Below are positions 1-7,099 of a DNA stretch of 64,000 nt, piece by piece. The position numbers and the translations under genes were made by a program. Source of the DNA: Rikenella microfusus (lineage in GTDB: Bacteria > Bacteroidota > Bacteroidia > Bacteroidales > VadinHA17); NCBI GenBank assembly GCA_022736275.1, contig DZBJ01000004.1:73-64072 (forward strand), written 5' to 3'. Position 1 is the stretch's first letter. Every line of letters begins with the position of its first letter. Under the pieces are notes generated by a model. It ran no database searches. It had not been told where the DNA came from and saw nothing but the letters and a program-made list of their open reading frames with translations.

Positions 1-166
1 CCAGGCGTTTTAAAGCGAATTTCTTCCCTATTATCACATCAAGTTGTTCCTGTGTAAGGTAGCCACGGTCAACCATGGCAATACGGATTTTATAATTGGC
101 AAACGGGTCGGTATTAATCCATCCGTTGCTTTTAGCAATAATAATGATGCGTTTGAAAAATTGCAT
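1..166 (-). CDS. tyrosine-type site-specific integrase, partial (runs off the left edge; N-terminal arm-binding part apparently missing, so possibly a pseudogene)
   Basis: Not in the ORF track because it is open-ended. Minus-strand translation from the ATG at 166-164 gives MQFFKRIIIIAKSNGWINTDPFANYKIRIAMVDRGYLTQEQLDVIIGKKFALKRL.. This resembles the SAM-like/core-binding to catalytic-domain junction of Bacteroidota phage-type integrases. An in-frame TAA lies 13 codons upstream, and no N-terminal domain is visible in any frame of 170-330. Confidence 0.55.
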   Translation of the reverse strand, partial: MQFFKRIIIIAKSNGWINTDPFANYKIRIAMVDRGYLTQEQLDVIIGKKFALKRL

Positions 167-360
167 GAATTTCGCCGTTGTATTAGACTTGCAACTGGTT
201 AAACATTAAGTACATACAGACTGCCAAAAGGCGACAACAGACTGCCAGTTTCGGACAGATCGTAACCTGTTTTGATTTTAAGAAGCAGGTTACGAATTAG
301 CGACAGAACTATGTCAAATTATGGCATTTTGATGGCTTTCCAACCGGACGCCTGGCAACG

Positions 361-395
361 AAAAAAGCCCCACAAATCGTTGAATTTGTAGGGCT
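361..395 (-). terminator. intrinsic terminator downstream of tRNA-Ser and the structured element
   Basis: The minus strand reads AGCCCTACAAAT-tcaacg-ATTTGTGGGGCT followed by TTTTTT. This is a 12-bp stem with one mismatch and a U-run. Confidence 0.6.
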
Positions 396-428
396 TGGCT
401 TGTTTTTGGCTACTTCTGTCGCAGCCTT

Positions 429-448
429 TCTGCGGAGAGAGGGGGATT
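429..448. repeat. 20-bp direct repeat, distal copy of the tRNA-Ser 3' end (att-like)
   Basis: TCTGCGGAGAGAGGGGGATT is identical to 622-641. Confidence 0.85.
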
Positions 449-623
449 ACCGGCTTCGCCGGAGATCCCCTGAGGGGGGAACCTGCAGACCATATCACTC
501 CTGATGAGCCGAAGCTCATCAGGTCTTTGTATTTTACGTCATCGCTCGCTCCGGCAAGCCGGGCTTGCTCTGCCATAAAATACAAAACCCTTCCGCCTCG
601 AGGCGGAAGGGAGTGATATGGTC
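449..623 (-). ncRNA. candidate structured RNA co-transcribed with tRNA-Ser (family not recognised)
   Basis: A 14-bp closing helix (488-501 with 610-623) encloses three helices. These are CTTCCGCC-UCGA-GGCGGAAG (590-609), a 13-bp AU-rich helix (523-536 with 576-588) and CUGAUGAGC-UUCG-GCUCAUCAG (501-522, a cUUCGg tetraloop only on the minus strand). The element lies between the tRNA 3' end (626) and the terminator (361-395). Confidence 0.35.
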
Positions 624-641
624 TGCGGAGAGAGGGGGATT
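622..641. repeat. 20-bp direct repeat, proximal copy (3' end of the tRNA-Ser gene)
   Basis: Identical to 429-448. It overlaps the tRNA acceptor/T-arm 3' strand. Confidence 0.85.
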
Positions 642-712
642 CGAACCCTCGGTCCAGTTGCCCGGACAACGGTTTTCGAGACCGCCCCAATCGACCACTC
701 TGGCATCTCTCC
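626..712 (-). tRNA. tRNA-Ser (anticodon CGA), class II with long variable arm
   Basis: The reverse complement is GGAGAGATGCCAGAGTGGTCGATTGGGGCGGTCTCGAAAACCGTTGTCCGGGCAACTGGACCGAGGGTTCGAATCCCCCTCTCTCCG. It has a 7-bp acceptor stem, anticodon loop CTCGAAA, a variable-arm hairpin with a GCAA loop, and T-loop TTCGAAT. Confidence 0.9.
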
Positions 713-744
713 GGTCGCGCAGTATCCTGAGGATATTGCGGGGG

Positions 745-752
745 CAAATATA
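745..752 (-). promoter_or_regulatory. Bacteroidota -7 promoter box (TATATTTG) upstream of tRNA-Ser
   Basis: Exact match to TAnnTTTG on the minus strand, 32 nt upstream of the tRNA 5' end. Confidence 0.45.
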
Positions 753-843
753 AATGATTTTTCCAACACCTTTCCTGATGAGGCGGAACATAACCGATGT
801 TAATTTGTTTATTAATCAGTTGACAAACAAGATATGCCTTAAA

Positions 844-1296
844 ATGAAAACCTCTCTTTTAATCTTGCTGCTCCTTGCAGTCTCATTCCTTGCATCCGGA
901 CAAAACGGAATTCATGAATATGATTCCACCCTGGCACGTCAGCTCGGAGCTGATGAACGGGGAATGAAAACATATGTGCTTGTGGTACTTAAAACAGGTC
1001 CCGCGGATATACAGGATAAAGAGCTGCGCGACAGCCTCTTCGCCGGACATTTCTCCAACATGGACCGGCTGACCGCGGAAAAGAAACTGGTGCTTGCAGG
1101 TCCCATGCCAGCCAACGACAGGCAGTACCGCGGTCTCTTCCTTTACGATGTGAAATCCCTCGATGAGGCCAGGGAATTGCTGAAGGGAGATCCTACGGTG
1201 ACTTCCGGTATATTTGAGGTTGAGCTCTACCAGTGGTACGGTTCGGCAGCACTTCCGGTCTATCTTGAAACAGCCGAAAAGATCAGGAAGAGATAA
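844..1296 (+). CDS. secreted YciI-like (dimeric alpha/beta barrel) family protein
   Basis: The start was moved to the MKTSLLILLLLAVSFLASGQ signal peptide. The core is GHFSNMDRLTAEKKLVLAGPMPANDRQYRGLFLYDV..GDPTVTSGIFEVELYQW, which resembles E. coli YciI (H..L..EG.LL.AGPMPA..DP.V.AG). Confidence 0.65.
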   Translation: MKTSLLILLLLAVSFLASGQNGIHEYDSTLARQLGADERGMKTYVLVVLKTGPADIQDKELRDSLFAGHFSNMDRLTAEKKLVLAGPMPANDRQYRGLFLYDVKSLDEARELLKGDPTVTSGIFEVELYQWYGSAALPVYLETAEKIRKR

Positions 1297-1352
1297 AAAA
1301 GTTACAAAATCTTTCACACTATACCGATCCTTTTCGCACAGGCAATCGCTTA

Positions 1353-1477
1353 GGAGGTATTGGGAACCCCCATTTTTGCCGATCAGGGCAGACCTCTGCT
1401 TCGGAGGTATTGGGAACCCCCATTTTTGCCGATCAGGGCAGACCTCTGATCCGGGGGTATCGGGAAGCCCCATTTTA
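1353..1477. repeat. 50-bp tandem repeat, 2.5 copies
   Basis: The unit GGAGGTATTGGGAACCCCCATTTTTGCCGATCAGGGCAGACCTCTGCTTC occurs at 1353-1402 and 1403-1452. A diverged partial third copy starts at 1453. Confidence 0.9.
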
Positions 1478-1645
1478 TGATGATCCGGACGACCATCAAC
1501 AACATCTCCTATTTAACGTGGAATGACAGAAGAGCATACCCATAGCCTGCGAAACGACAAATTGATTATCTTGAAAACTATTTATGCAGCAATTGTAAAC
1601 GGATCAAGTCATTAGCAGGAAGCTGAATATCAGAATTATCGTCAC

Positions 1646-2737
1646 ATGAATATCACTGATCTCGGGATGACGGAAGAACTTGCTGCCTGGTGCAGGGAGC
1701 AGGTTCCTGCGGAATTCACGGTTGGAAGAGTAACAGAGGAACACCGCGAGAGATATGTCGTCTTTGACGGTGCAACTGAATATGACGCTGAAGTTACCGG
1801 GAACCTCAGATTCACTGCTGCGTCACGTTCTGACTTTCCGGCCGTAGGCGACTGGGTAAGCATGACGGTTTACGATTCCGGCCAGGCATTAATACATGGA
1901 ATTCTTCCGAGAAAATCTGTCCTCGCCAGGCTGGCTGTCGGTAAAACCGGTGAAATACAGATCATTGCCGCAAATATCGACGTGGCATTTATCATTCAGG
2001 CCATTAACAATAATTTCAGTGTAAACAGGCTGGAAAGATACCTTGCAATCTGCTATGCGGCCGGCATAGAACCGATACTTGTACTCAGTAAAACCGACCT
2101 GGTCACAGGGGAGGAAATAAGGGCCGCACTGCATGAACTTGAGACCCGGGGCAGACATGTGAAGCATATTCTGCTCAGCAACACAACCCGGGATGGTATT
2201 GAAGGTGTTCTTGGTTACATCCCTAAGGGCAAAACCTGCTGCGTGATGGGATCATCAGGAGTTGGCAAGTCGACACTGATTAACAATCTCCTGCACAGCG
2301 ACAGGCTGAAAACAGGCGAGATCAGCCACAGCACCAACAAGGGAAGACATGTAACCGAACACCGTGAATTGTTCATACTCGACAACGGGGGTGTAGTTAT
2401 TGACACACCGGGAATGAAGGAGGTGGGCATAACAGATATTGAGGAGGGGGTAAAGGCCACCTTCGGGGATATAGTTGAGCTGGGCAAAAAGTGCAGATTT
2501 CCTGATTGCGTTCACATCAGCGAAGCGGGATGCGCCGTGCTGTTCCTTACCGGACTCAGTGCTGTGGGGTGCGTTCTGGCAACCTATAATGGTGCAAACA
2601 ACAATGACTACAAGGTATTTATGGTCAAGGATGCCATCATGAGCCATAATACTGAATATACCCGCAAGATTGAGGAAATCTTTGGCGCTGTCAGTCCTGA
2701 GGTGATGACCCTTATACTTGAAACCGCCGGGAAATGA
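1646..2737 (+). CDS. rsgA: ribosome small-subunit-dependent GTPase RsgA (YjeQ)
   Basis: N-terminal OB-like part GRVTEEHRERYVV..PAVGDWV, circularly permuted GTPase motifs LSKTDLV and GSSGVGKSTLINNL, DTPGMKEV, and the zinc knuckle CRFPDCVHISEAGC. Confidence 0.85.
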   Translation: MNITDLGMTEELAAWCREQVPAEFTVGRVTEEHRERYVVFDGATEYDAEVTGNLRFTAASRSDFPAVGDWVSMTVYDSGQALIHGILPRKSVLARLAVGKTGEIQIIAANIDVAFIIQAINNNFSVNRLERYLAICYAAGIEPILVLSKTDLVTGEEIRAALHELETRGRHVKHILLSNTTRDGIEGVLGYIPKGKTCCVMGSSGVGKSTLINNLLHSDRLKTGEISHSTNKGRHVTEHRELFILDNGGVVIDTPGMKEVGITDIEEGVKATFGDIVELGKKCRFPDCVHISEAGCAVLFLTGLSAVGCVLATYNGANNNDYKVFMVKDAIMSHNTEYTRKIEEIFGAVSPEVMTLILETAGK

Positions 2738-2791
2738 CCGCCGGGGAGACCGGGGAAGCGACAACCCCGACCTCGTACTGTCATTAAAACA

Positions 2792-2820
2792 AAAACCGCC
2801 CGGATTGCATGGCGGTTTTT
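2792..2820. terminator. bidirectional hairpin terminator between convergent rsgA and the T9SS cargo gene
   Basis: AAAACCGCC-10 nt-GGCGGTTTT, a perfect 9-bp stem flanked by A-runs and T-runs on both strands. Confidence 0.6.
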
Positions 2821-2844
2821 GCGTAAGGTGAGATTGCAGGTGGA

Positions 2845-3321
2845 TTATTCCTTGACGAATCTCTTCATCACGGCACCAAGGGGTGTCGTGAGTCTGATGA
2901 AATAGACGCCACGTGCCAGATGGCTGATATTGAAAGTCTTGATCTCTATACCTTCACATTTTTCCGAAATGATCCTGTTCCCGGTTACATCAAAGACCTC
3001 TAGCTGGGTAACATTCTCTATTCCTGAAACGGTAAGTTCATTGAGGGCCGGAACAGGATAAACCCTGCAATTGCCGGTCAGAAGGTTTTTGTCTGCAACA
3101 ACCGGGGAGGCCTTTTCCGTTATTAATGCATTGTTTCCTGACTCAGCATTTAAAGGCGAGGCGGAAGCTTCCCCGGTTACAACAAGCAACTGGCTGTCAG
3201 GTGGTGTAACTGGTTTGGCCCGATGTACTGCCTGGGGGATGGTCGTCTGAAAAGTGACGGCTGAGAAGATAATTGTAAGCAGTAAAGTTTTAACGGGTAG
3301 AGGTCTCATCATAAGCAACAA
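2845..3321 (-). CDS. small secreted protein with a T9SS C-terminal sorting domain
   Basis: It has a signal peptide. The C-terminal ~75 aa read VYPVPALNELTVSGIENVTQLEVFDVTGNRIISEK..ISHLARGVYFIRLTTPLGAVMKRFVKE, typical of a type A Por secretion tail. Confidence 0.7.
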   Translation of the reverse strand: MLLMMRPLPVKTLLLTIIFSAVTFQTTIPQAVHRAKPVTPPDSQLLVVTGEASASPLNAESGNNALITEKASPVVADKNLLTGNCRVYPVPALNELTVSGIENVTQLEVFDVTGNRIISEKCEGIEIKTFNISHLARGVYFIRLTTPLGAVMKRFVKE

Positions 3322-3537
3322 ACTTCTTTCAAAAATTCAACTGTGAAATTTACCTTAAAATTAGTAACGGAAAACGATAGTTATACTCATGATCGGTCCC
3401 AAATGTTTCAACCATGAACAAGTTATCAACAATTTTTTTCAGGCGGCAGATGAAAGGCTGCTCAAAAGTGTGTCAGATGCTGCCACAGAATGATGGTTTT
3501 ATGATTGTTGTCAAAGATATTATTTCATAAAAGAATT

Positions 3538-3545
3538 ATATTTGG
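3538..3545 (+). promoter_or_regulatory. -7 promoter box TATATTTG upstream of dcp
   Basis: Exact TAnnTTTG match 41 nt upstream of the ATG at 3587. Confidence 0.4.
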
Positions 3546-3586
3546 CCTCTCATTGAAATGACCAATCATTAAATCTGAACAATATC

Positions 3587-5680
3587 ATGAAAAAGACTTT
3601 TTTATTTGCATCAGTCGTGCTGATGGCAGTGATGTCATGCACCACCGGTAAAATGGATCAGGACAACCCCTTCTTCGCAGAATGGAAGACACCGTTTGGT
3701 GTTCCGCCCTTTGATCAGATACGGAATGATCATTATCTTCCTGCAATCGACTCGGGCATAGCTCTTGCCAGGGCCGAGATGGCTGCGATTACCGCTTCAC
3801 AGGAGGCTCCGACATTCGCCAACACCATTGTTCCTTATGACCGTGCCGGTCAGTTACTGAACAAGGTGGCATACGTGTTCTATTCGCAGACCAGCGCTAA
3901 CACCAATGACACCCTTGAGAGCCTCCAGATGGAGATTGCTCCCAAAATGTCAGCCTTCAGCGATGAGGTACTGCTCAATGCCGAACTCTTTGGAATAATC
4001 AGGACGATCTATGAGAACAGGGCGTCAGAGCAGCTTAATGCCGAGGAACTGTTCCTGCTTGAGAATCTGTACAAGAGCTTCGTACGCAACGGCGCCCTCC
4101 TGCAGGGCGAAGACCAGGAGAAACTTAAGAAGCTCAACCAGGAGCTTTCCGTTCTGACAGTCAGGTTCAGCCAGAACGTTCTCTCCGAGACCAACGGCTT
4201 CAAGCTGGTGATTGACAACGAGGCTGACCTCAAAGGACTTCCTGAGAACGTAATAGCAAATGCATCAGAGCTTGCGGAAGCAGAAAAAATGGAAGGCAAA
4301 TGGATATTCACCACTCAGAAGCCCAGCATGTTGCCCTTCCTTCAGTATGCAGAAAACCGCGACCTGCGCAAGAAACTGTACGACGCTTATCTCAACCGCT
4401 GCAACAACGGCAATGACAATGACAATAACAAGGTGATGGCTGATATCGTCAGGCTGAGAGCTGACAGGGCAAAGCTGCTTGGCTATGACACCCACGCCGA
4501 CATCGTGCTTGAGACGCGCATGGCAAAGACGCCTGATAACGTTCTCAACCTGCTCAATGATCTGCTTGAGAGATCGCTGCCTGTGGCAGCGCGTGAGCGT
4601 GATGAGATGCAGAAGATCATTGATGCCGAAGGCGGCAACTTTAAGCTTGCAACGCATGACTGGTGGTATTATGCCGAGAAGCTGCGCAAGGCGAAATATG
4701 ATCTTGACGATACGGAACTGAGACCATACTTCAGCCTCGACAACGCACGTGATGGGGTATTTGCCGTATCGAACAAGCTTTACGGGATCACCTTTACGCG
4801 CATTGACAACATACCCCTGCCTCATCCTGATGCTCAGGCCTTTGAGGTTAAGGAGGCTGACGGAAGCCATGTAGGCGTGCTCTACATGGATTTTTATCCG
4901 CGCGAAAGCAAGCGTCAGGGAGCCTGGTGCGGCGGCTACCGTGATCATAAGGTGATTGACGGCAAGGAGATAACCCCCGTCGTGACCATCGTGGGTAACT
5001 TCACCCCGCCCGCAGGCGACAAGCCGGCATTGCTGAGCATGGATGACGTGCTCACCCTCTTCCATGAGTTCGGACACGGACTGCAGGCACTGTTTTCGGA
5101 TAACCGGTATTCCAGTACTACGGTGGCATGGGATATTGTGGAACTACCTTCACAGATAATGGAGCATTGGGCCACACAGCCGGAGGTGCTGGCAATGTAC
5201 GCCAAGCATTACGAGACCGGTGAGGTTATTCCGCAGGAGCTTATTGAAAAGATCAGGAACAGCAGTTACTTCAACACCGGCTTTGACAATGTGGAGATCA
5301 TGGCTGCATCACTGCTTGATATGGCCTATTACTCTCTTGAGGCACCGGCAGAGGTTAACGTGCAGGAATTCGAGAAGGCTACTATGAAGAAGATAGGGAT
5401 GATACCCGAGATAGAACCGAGATACCGCAGCACCTATTTCCTGCATATGATCAGCGGCTATGATGCGGGATACTATGTCTACACATGGGCTGCAGTTCTT
5501 GACAATGATGCCTTTGAAGCATTTAAGGAGAAGGGTATTTTTGACCAGGCAACGGCCACCTCCTTCAGGAAGAATGTCCTTGAGAAGATGGGAACCATGG
5601 ATGCGGAACAGATGTATCTTAATTTCCGCGGGCGTGAGCCGGAGATAGGGCCGCTGCTCAGGAACAGGGGACTGAACTGA
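3587..5680 (+). CDS. dcp: M3 family peptidyl-dipeptidase (Dcp / oligopeptidase A-like), lipoprotein-type signal
   Basis: Length is 697 aa. It carries the zinc motif TLFHEFGHGLQ, and the overall M3 pattern includes EHWA and GYDAGYY. Confidence 0.85.
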   Translation: MKKTFLFASVVLMAVMSCTTGKMDQDNPFFAEWKTPFGVPPFDQIRNDHYLPAIDSGIALARAEMAAITASQEAPTFANTIVPYDRAGQLLNKVAYVFYSQTSANTNDTLESLQMEIAPKMSAFSDEVLLNAELFGIIRTIYENRASEQLNAEELFLLENLYKSFVRNGALLQGEDQEKLKKLNQELSVLTVRFSQNVLSETNGFKLVIDNEADLKGLPENVIANASELAEAEKMEGKWIFTTQKPSMLPFLQYAENRDLRKKLYDAYLNRCNNGNDNDNNKVMADIVRLRADRAKLLGYDTHADIVLETRMAKTPDNVLNLLNDLLERSLPVAARERDEMQKIIDAEGGNFKLATHDWWYYAEKLRKAKYDLDDTELRPYFSLDNARDGVFAVSNKLYGITFTRIDNIPLPHPDAQAFEVKEADGSHVGVLYMDFYPRESKRQGAWCGGYRDHKVIDGKEITPVVTIVGNFTPPAGDKPALLSMDDVLTLFHEFGHGLQALFSDNRYSSTTVAWDIVELPSQIMEHWATQPEVLAMYAKHYETGEVIPQELIEKIRNSSYFNTGFDNVEIMAASLLDMAYYSLEAPAEVNVQEFEKATMKKIGMIPEIEPRYRSTYFLHMISGYDAGYYVYTWAAVLDNDAFEAFKEKGIFDQATATSFRKNVLEKMGTMDAEQMYLNFRGREPEIGPLLRNRGLN

Positions 5681-5708
5681 GTAAAGGGCAGGGCAAGTTA
5701 AATGAGAG

Positions 5709-5742
5709 GGTTGTCACCTGCATGGGTGGCAGCCTTTTTTTT
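5709..5742 (+). terminator. intrinsic terminator of dcp
   Basis: GGTTGTCACC-6 nt-GGTGGCAGCC, a 10-bp stem with 2 G-U pairs, followed by T8. Confidence 0.7.
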
Positions 5743-5875
5743 ATACTATTTCCTTCTGGTACTGCGAGTTCACGAAGAGGAGGGTTCCTGTCTCGTCATA
5801 TCCGTTGAGAACTGCCTCACCGTTATGCTTCAGGGTCTCGGGCCTGAAGCCAGTTGCTTCTCCCATCATTTTCAT
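5741..5875 (-). CDS. 44-aa ORF, possibly a C-terminal gene remnant
   Basis: It falls below the ORF-track length cutoff. It reads MKMMGEATGFRPETLKHNGEAVLNGYDETGTLLFVNSQYQKEIV. The frame is open only 7 codons upstream of the ATG, and no family was recognised. Confidence 0.2.
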   Translation of the reverse strand: MKMMGEATGFRPETLKHNGEAVLNGYDETGTLLFVNSQYQKEIV

Positions 5876-5958
5876 GAACAGGTAATCAGGATGACTCTAA
5901 TTACCTCATAAAGATGTGAAAAAAAGTTTAAAGATGGGAATTTAATACCTTTGCCTTC

Positions 5959-6996
5959 ATGGCAAAGACATTGGACCGCATACCCATTGCAGGCCTTAAT
6001 CTTTCAGAAATTCAGGCTCTTCTGATGAACAGGGGCATTGATGCAGGATATTCGCGCAGGCTGCTTTACTGGGTATACAGGAGAAGGATCAGTTCATTCG
6101 GAGAGATCAATGACATCCCCCGTAAAACCCTGGTAGCCATGGGAGAGACATTCATGACAGGGCTGGTTGCGCCGATGGATTCGGAAGTATCTGATGACGG
6201 ATCGGTTAAATACCTGTACTCGACATCAGAAGGGCTGCTGCATGAGACCGTCTGGCTTCCTGACGGAAAGCGTCAGACTGTCTGCATCTCGGTACAGTCG
6301 GGCTGCCGCATGGGATGTCGTTTCTGCGCCACCGGTCAGAACGGCTGGGGAGGGAACCTTACGGCAGGAGAAATAGTCAACCAGATCATAAGTCTCCCTC
6401 ACGGTTTCACCAATATTGTACTCATGGGAATGGGGGAGCCTGGTGACAACATTGAGGAGGTAATAAAGGCATGCAATATCTTTACAGCTGAATGGGGAAT
6501 GGCTGCAGGGAGAGGCAGGGTGACAGTTTCGACAGTAGGAGTGACCCCTTCAGTTAAGAGGTTACTTGACGAAACAGAATGCAATATCACTCTCAGCCTG
6601 CACTCGCCCTTTCCTGACGAACGCCTCAGGGTAATCCCGGCCGAAGCCATTTGGCCGTTTAATGAGACACTCAGGCTTATGAAGGAGTTTGACAATAGCC
6701 GCAAAAGGCGCTTTTCCGTGGCCTATGTGATGATTGAAGGAAAGAATGATTCCGACCGTCACCTGGAAGAACTGAAAAGATTGCTTTCGGGTACAGCGAT
6801 AAGAGTAAATCTCCTTCCATATCACCCTGTTGGTGGGGACGATGAGAGAAGCTCTGACACAGCCACCATGATGAGGTTCAAACATCTCCTTGTTACATCA
6901 GGTATCGGGGCTTCGGTACGAAGATCAAGAGGTGCGGATATTTGGGCCGGATGCGGAATGCTGGCGGGAAAGGCAAGGATAAAGGATAAAGGATAA
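5959..6996 (+). CDS. rlmN: 23S rRNA/tRNA (adenine-C2)-methyltransferase RlmN, radical SAM
   Basis: Radical SAM motif SVQSGCRMGCRFCATG, together with VSTVG, LSLHS and GADIWAGCGML near the C-terminus. Confidence 0.85.
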   Translation: MAKTLDRIPIAGLNLSEIQALLMNRGIDAGYSRRLLYWVYRRRISSFGEINDIPRKTLVAMGETFMTGLVAPMDSEVSDDGSVKYLYSTSEGLLHETVWLPDGKRQTVCISVQSGCRMGCRFCATGQNGWGGNLTAGEIVNQIISLPHGFTNIVLMGMGEPGDNIEEVIKACNIFTAEWGMAAGRGRVTVSTVGVTPSVKRLLDETECNITLSLHSPFPDERLRVIPAEAIWPFNETLRLMKEFDNSRKRRFSVAYVMIEGKNDSDRHLEELKRLLSGTAIRVNLLPYHPVGGDDERSSDTATMMRFKHLLVTSGIGASVRRSRGADIWAGCGMLAGKARIKDKG

Positions 6997-7040
6997 AGGA
7001 TAAAGGATAAAGGATAAAGGATAAAGGATAAAGGATAAAG
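6975..7040. repeat. heptanucleotide tandem repeat (AAGGATA) x9.4, containing the rlmN stop codon
   Basis: Perfect 66-nt array. The last 6 codons and the TAA of rlmN lie inside it. Confidence 0.95.
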
Positions 7041-7063
7041 TCTGTAAAGTCTTAAGAATTTGC

Positions 7064-7098
7064 GATTTCAGATTTTCGATTTTCGATTTAATCGAAAA
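7064..7098. repeat. heptanucleotide repeat (GATTTTC) x~4, ending in a 9-bp palindrome
   Basis: GATTTCA GATTTTC GATTTTC GATTTAA. TTTTCGATT-t-AATCGAAAA lies just 3' of the GNAT gene stop. Confidence 0.8.
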
Positions 7099-7099
7099 T

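Noticed and set aside
501-522. The CUGAUGAG sequence, which matches the hammerhead ribozyme core, within the tRNA-Ser-linked structured element.
   Set aside because: The motif is entirely base-paired in a perfect hairpin (CUGAUGAGC-UUCG-GCUCAUCAG). There is no GAAA or cleavage-site arrangement around it, so the match is coincidental.
2520-2737. A possible frameshift or aberrant C-terminus in rsgA after the zinc knuckle (..GCAVLFLTGLSAVGCVLATYNG..).
   Set aside because: The in-frame continuation (..NNDYKVFMVKD..) is still roughly alignable to the usual RsgA tail (..RY.SY.KL..E) if a ~12-aa insertion is allowed. The alternative frames terminate quickly, so there is no good evidence for a frameshift.
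4265-5077. Long antisense ORFs inside well-supported genes. Examples are 4265-5077 (-) in dcp, 37256-37966 (+) in the metallophosphoesterase gene, 43155-43727 (-) in folC, 883-1473 (-) over the YciI-like gene, and the minus-strand ORFs at 59993-63355 inside the adhesin.
   Set aside because: Their translations are low-complexity, Arg/Ser/Pro-rich shadow sequences without motifs. Each lies fully inside a gene with clear family signatures on the other strand.
5946-5953. A TACCTTTG match to the -7 promoter box only 5 nt upstream of the rlmN ATG.
   Set aside because: The spacing would imply a transcript start at or inside the start codon. The evidence is too weak to annotate without TSS data.
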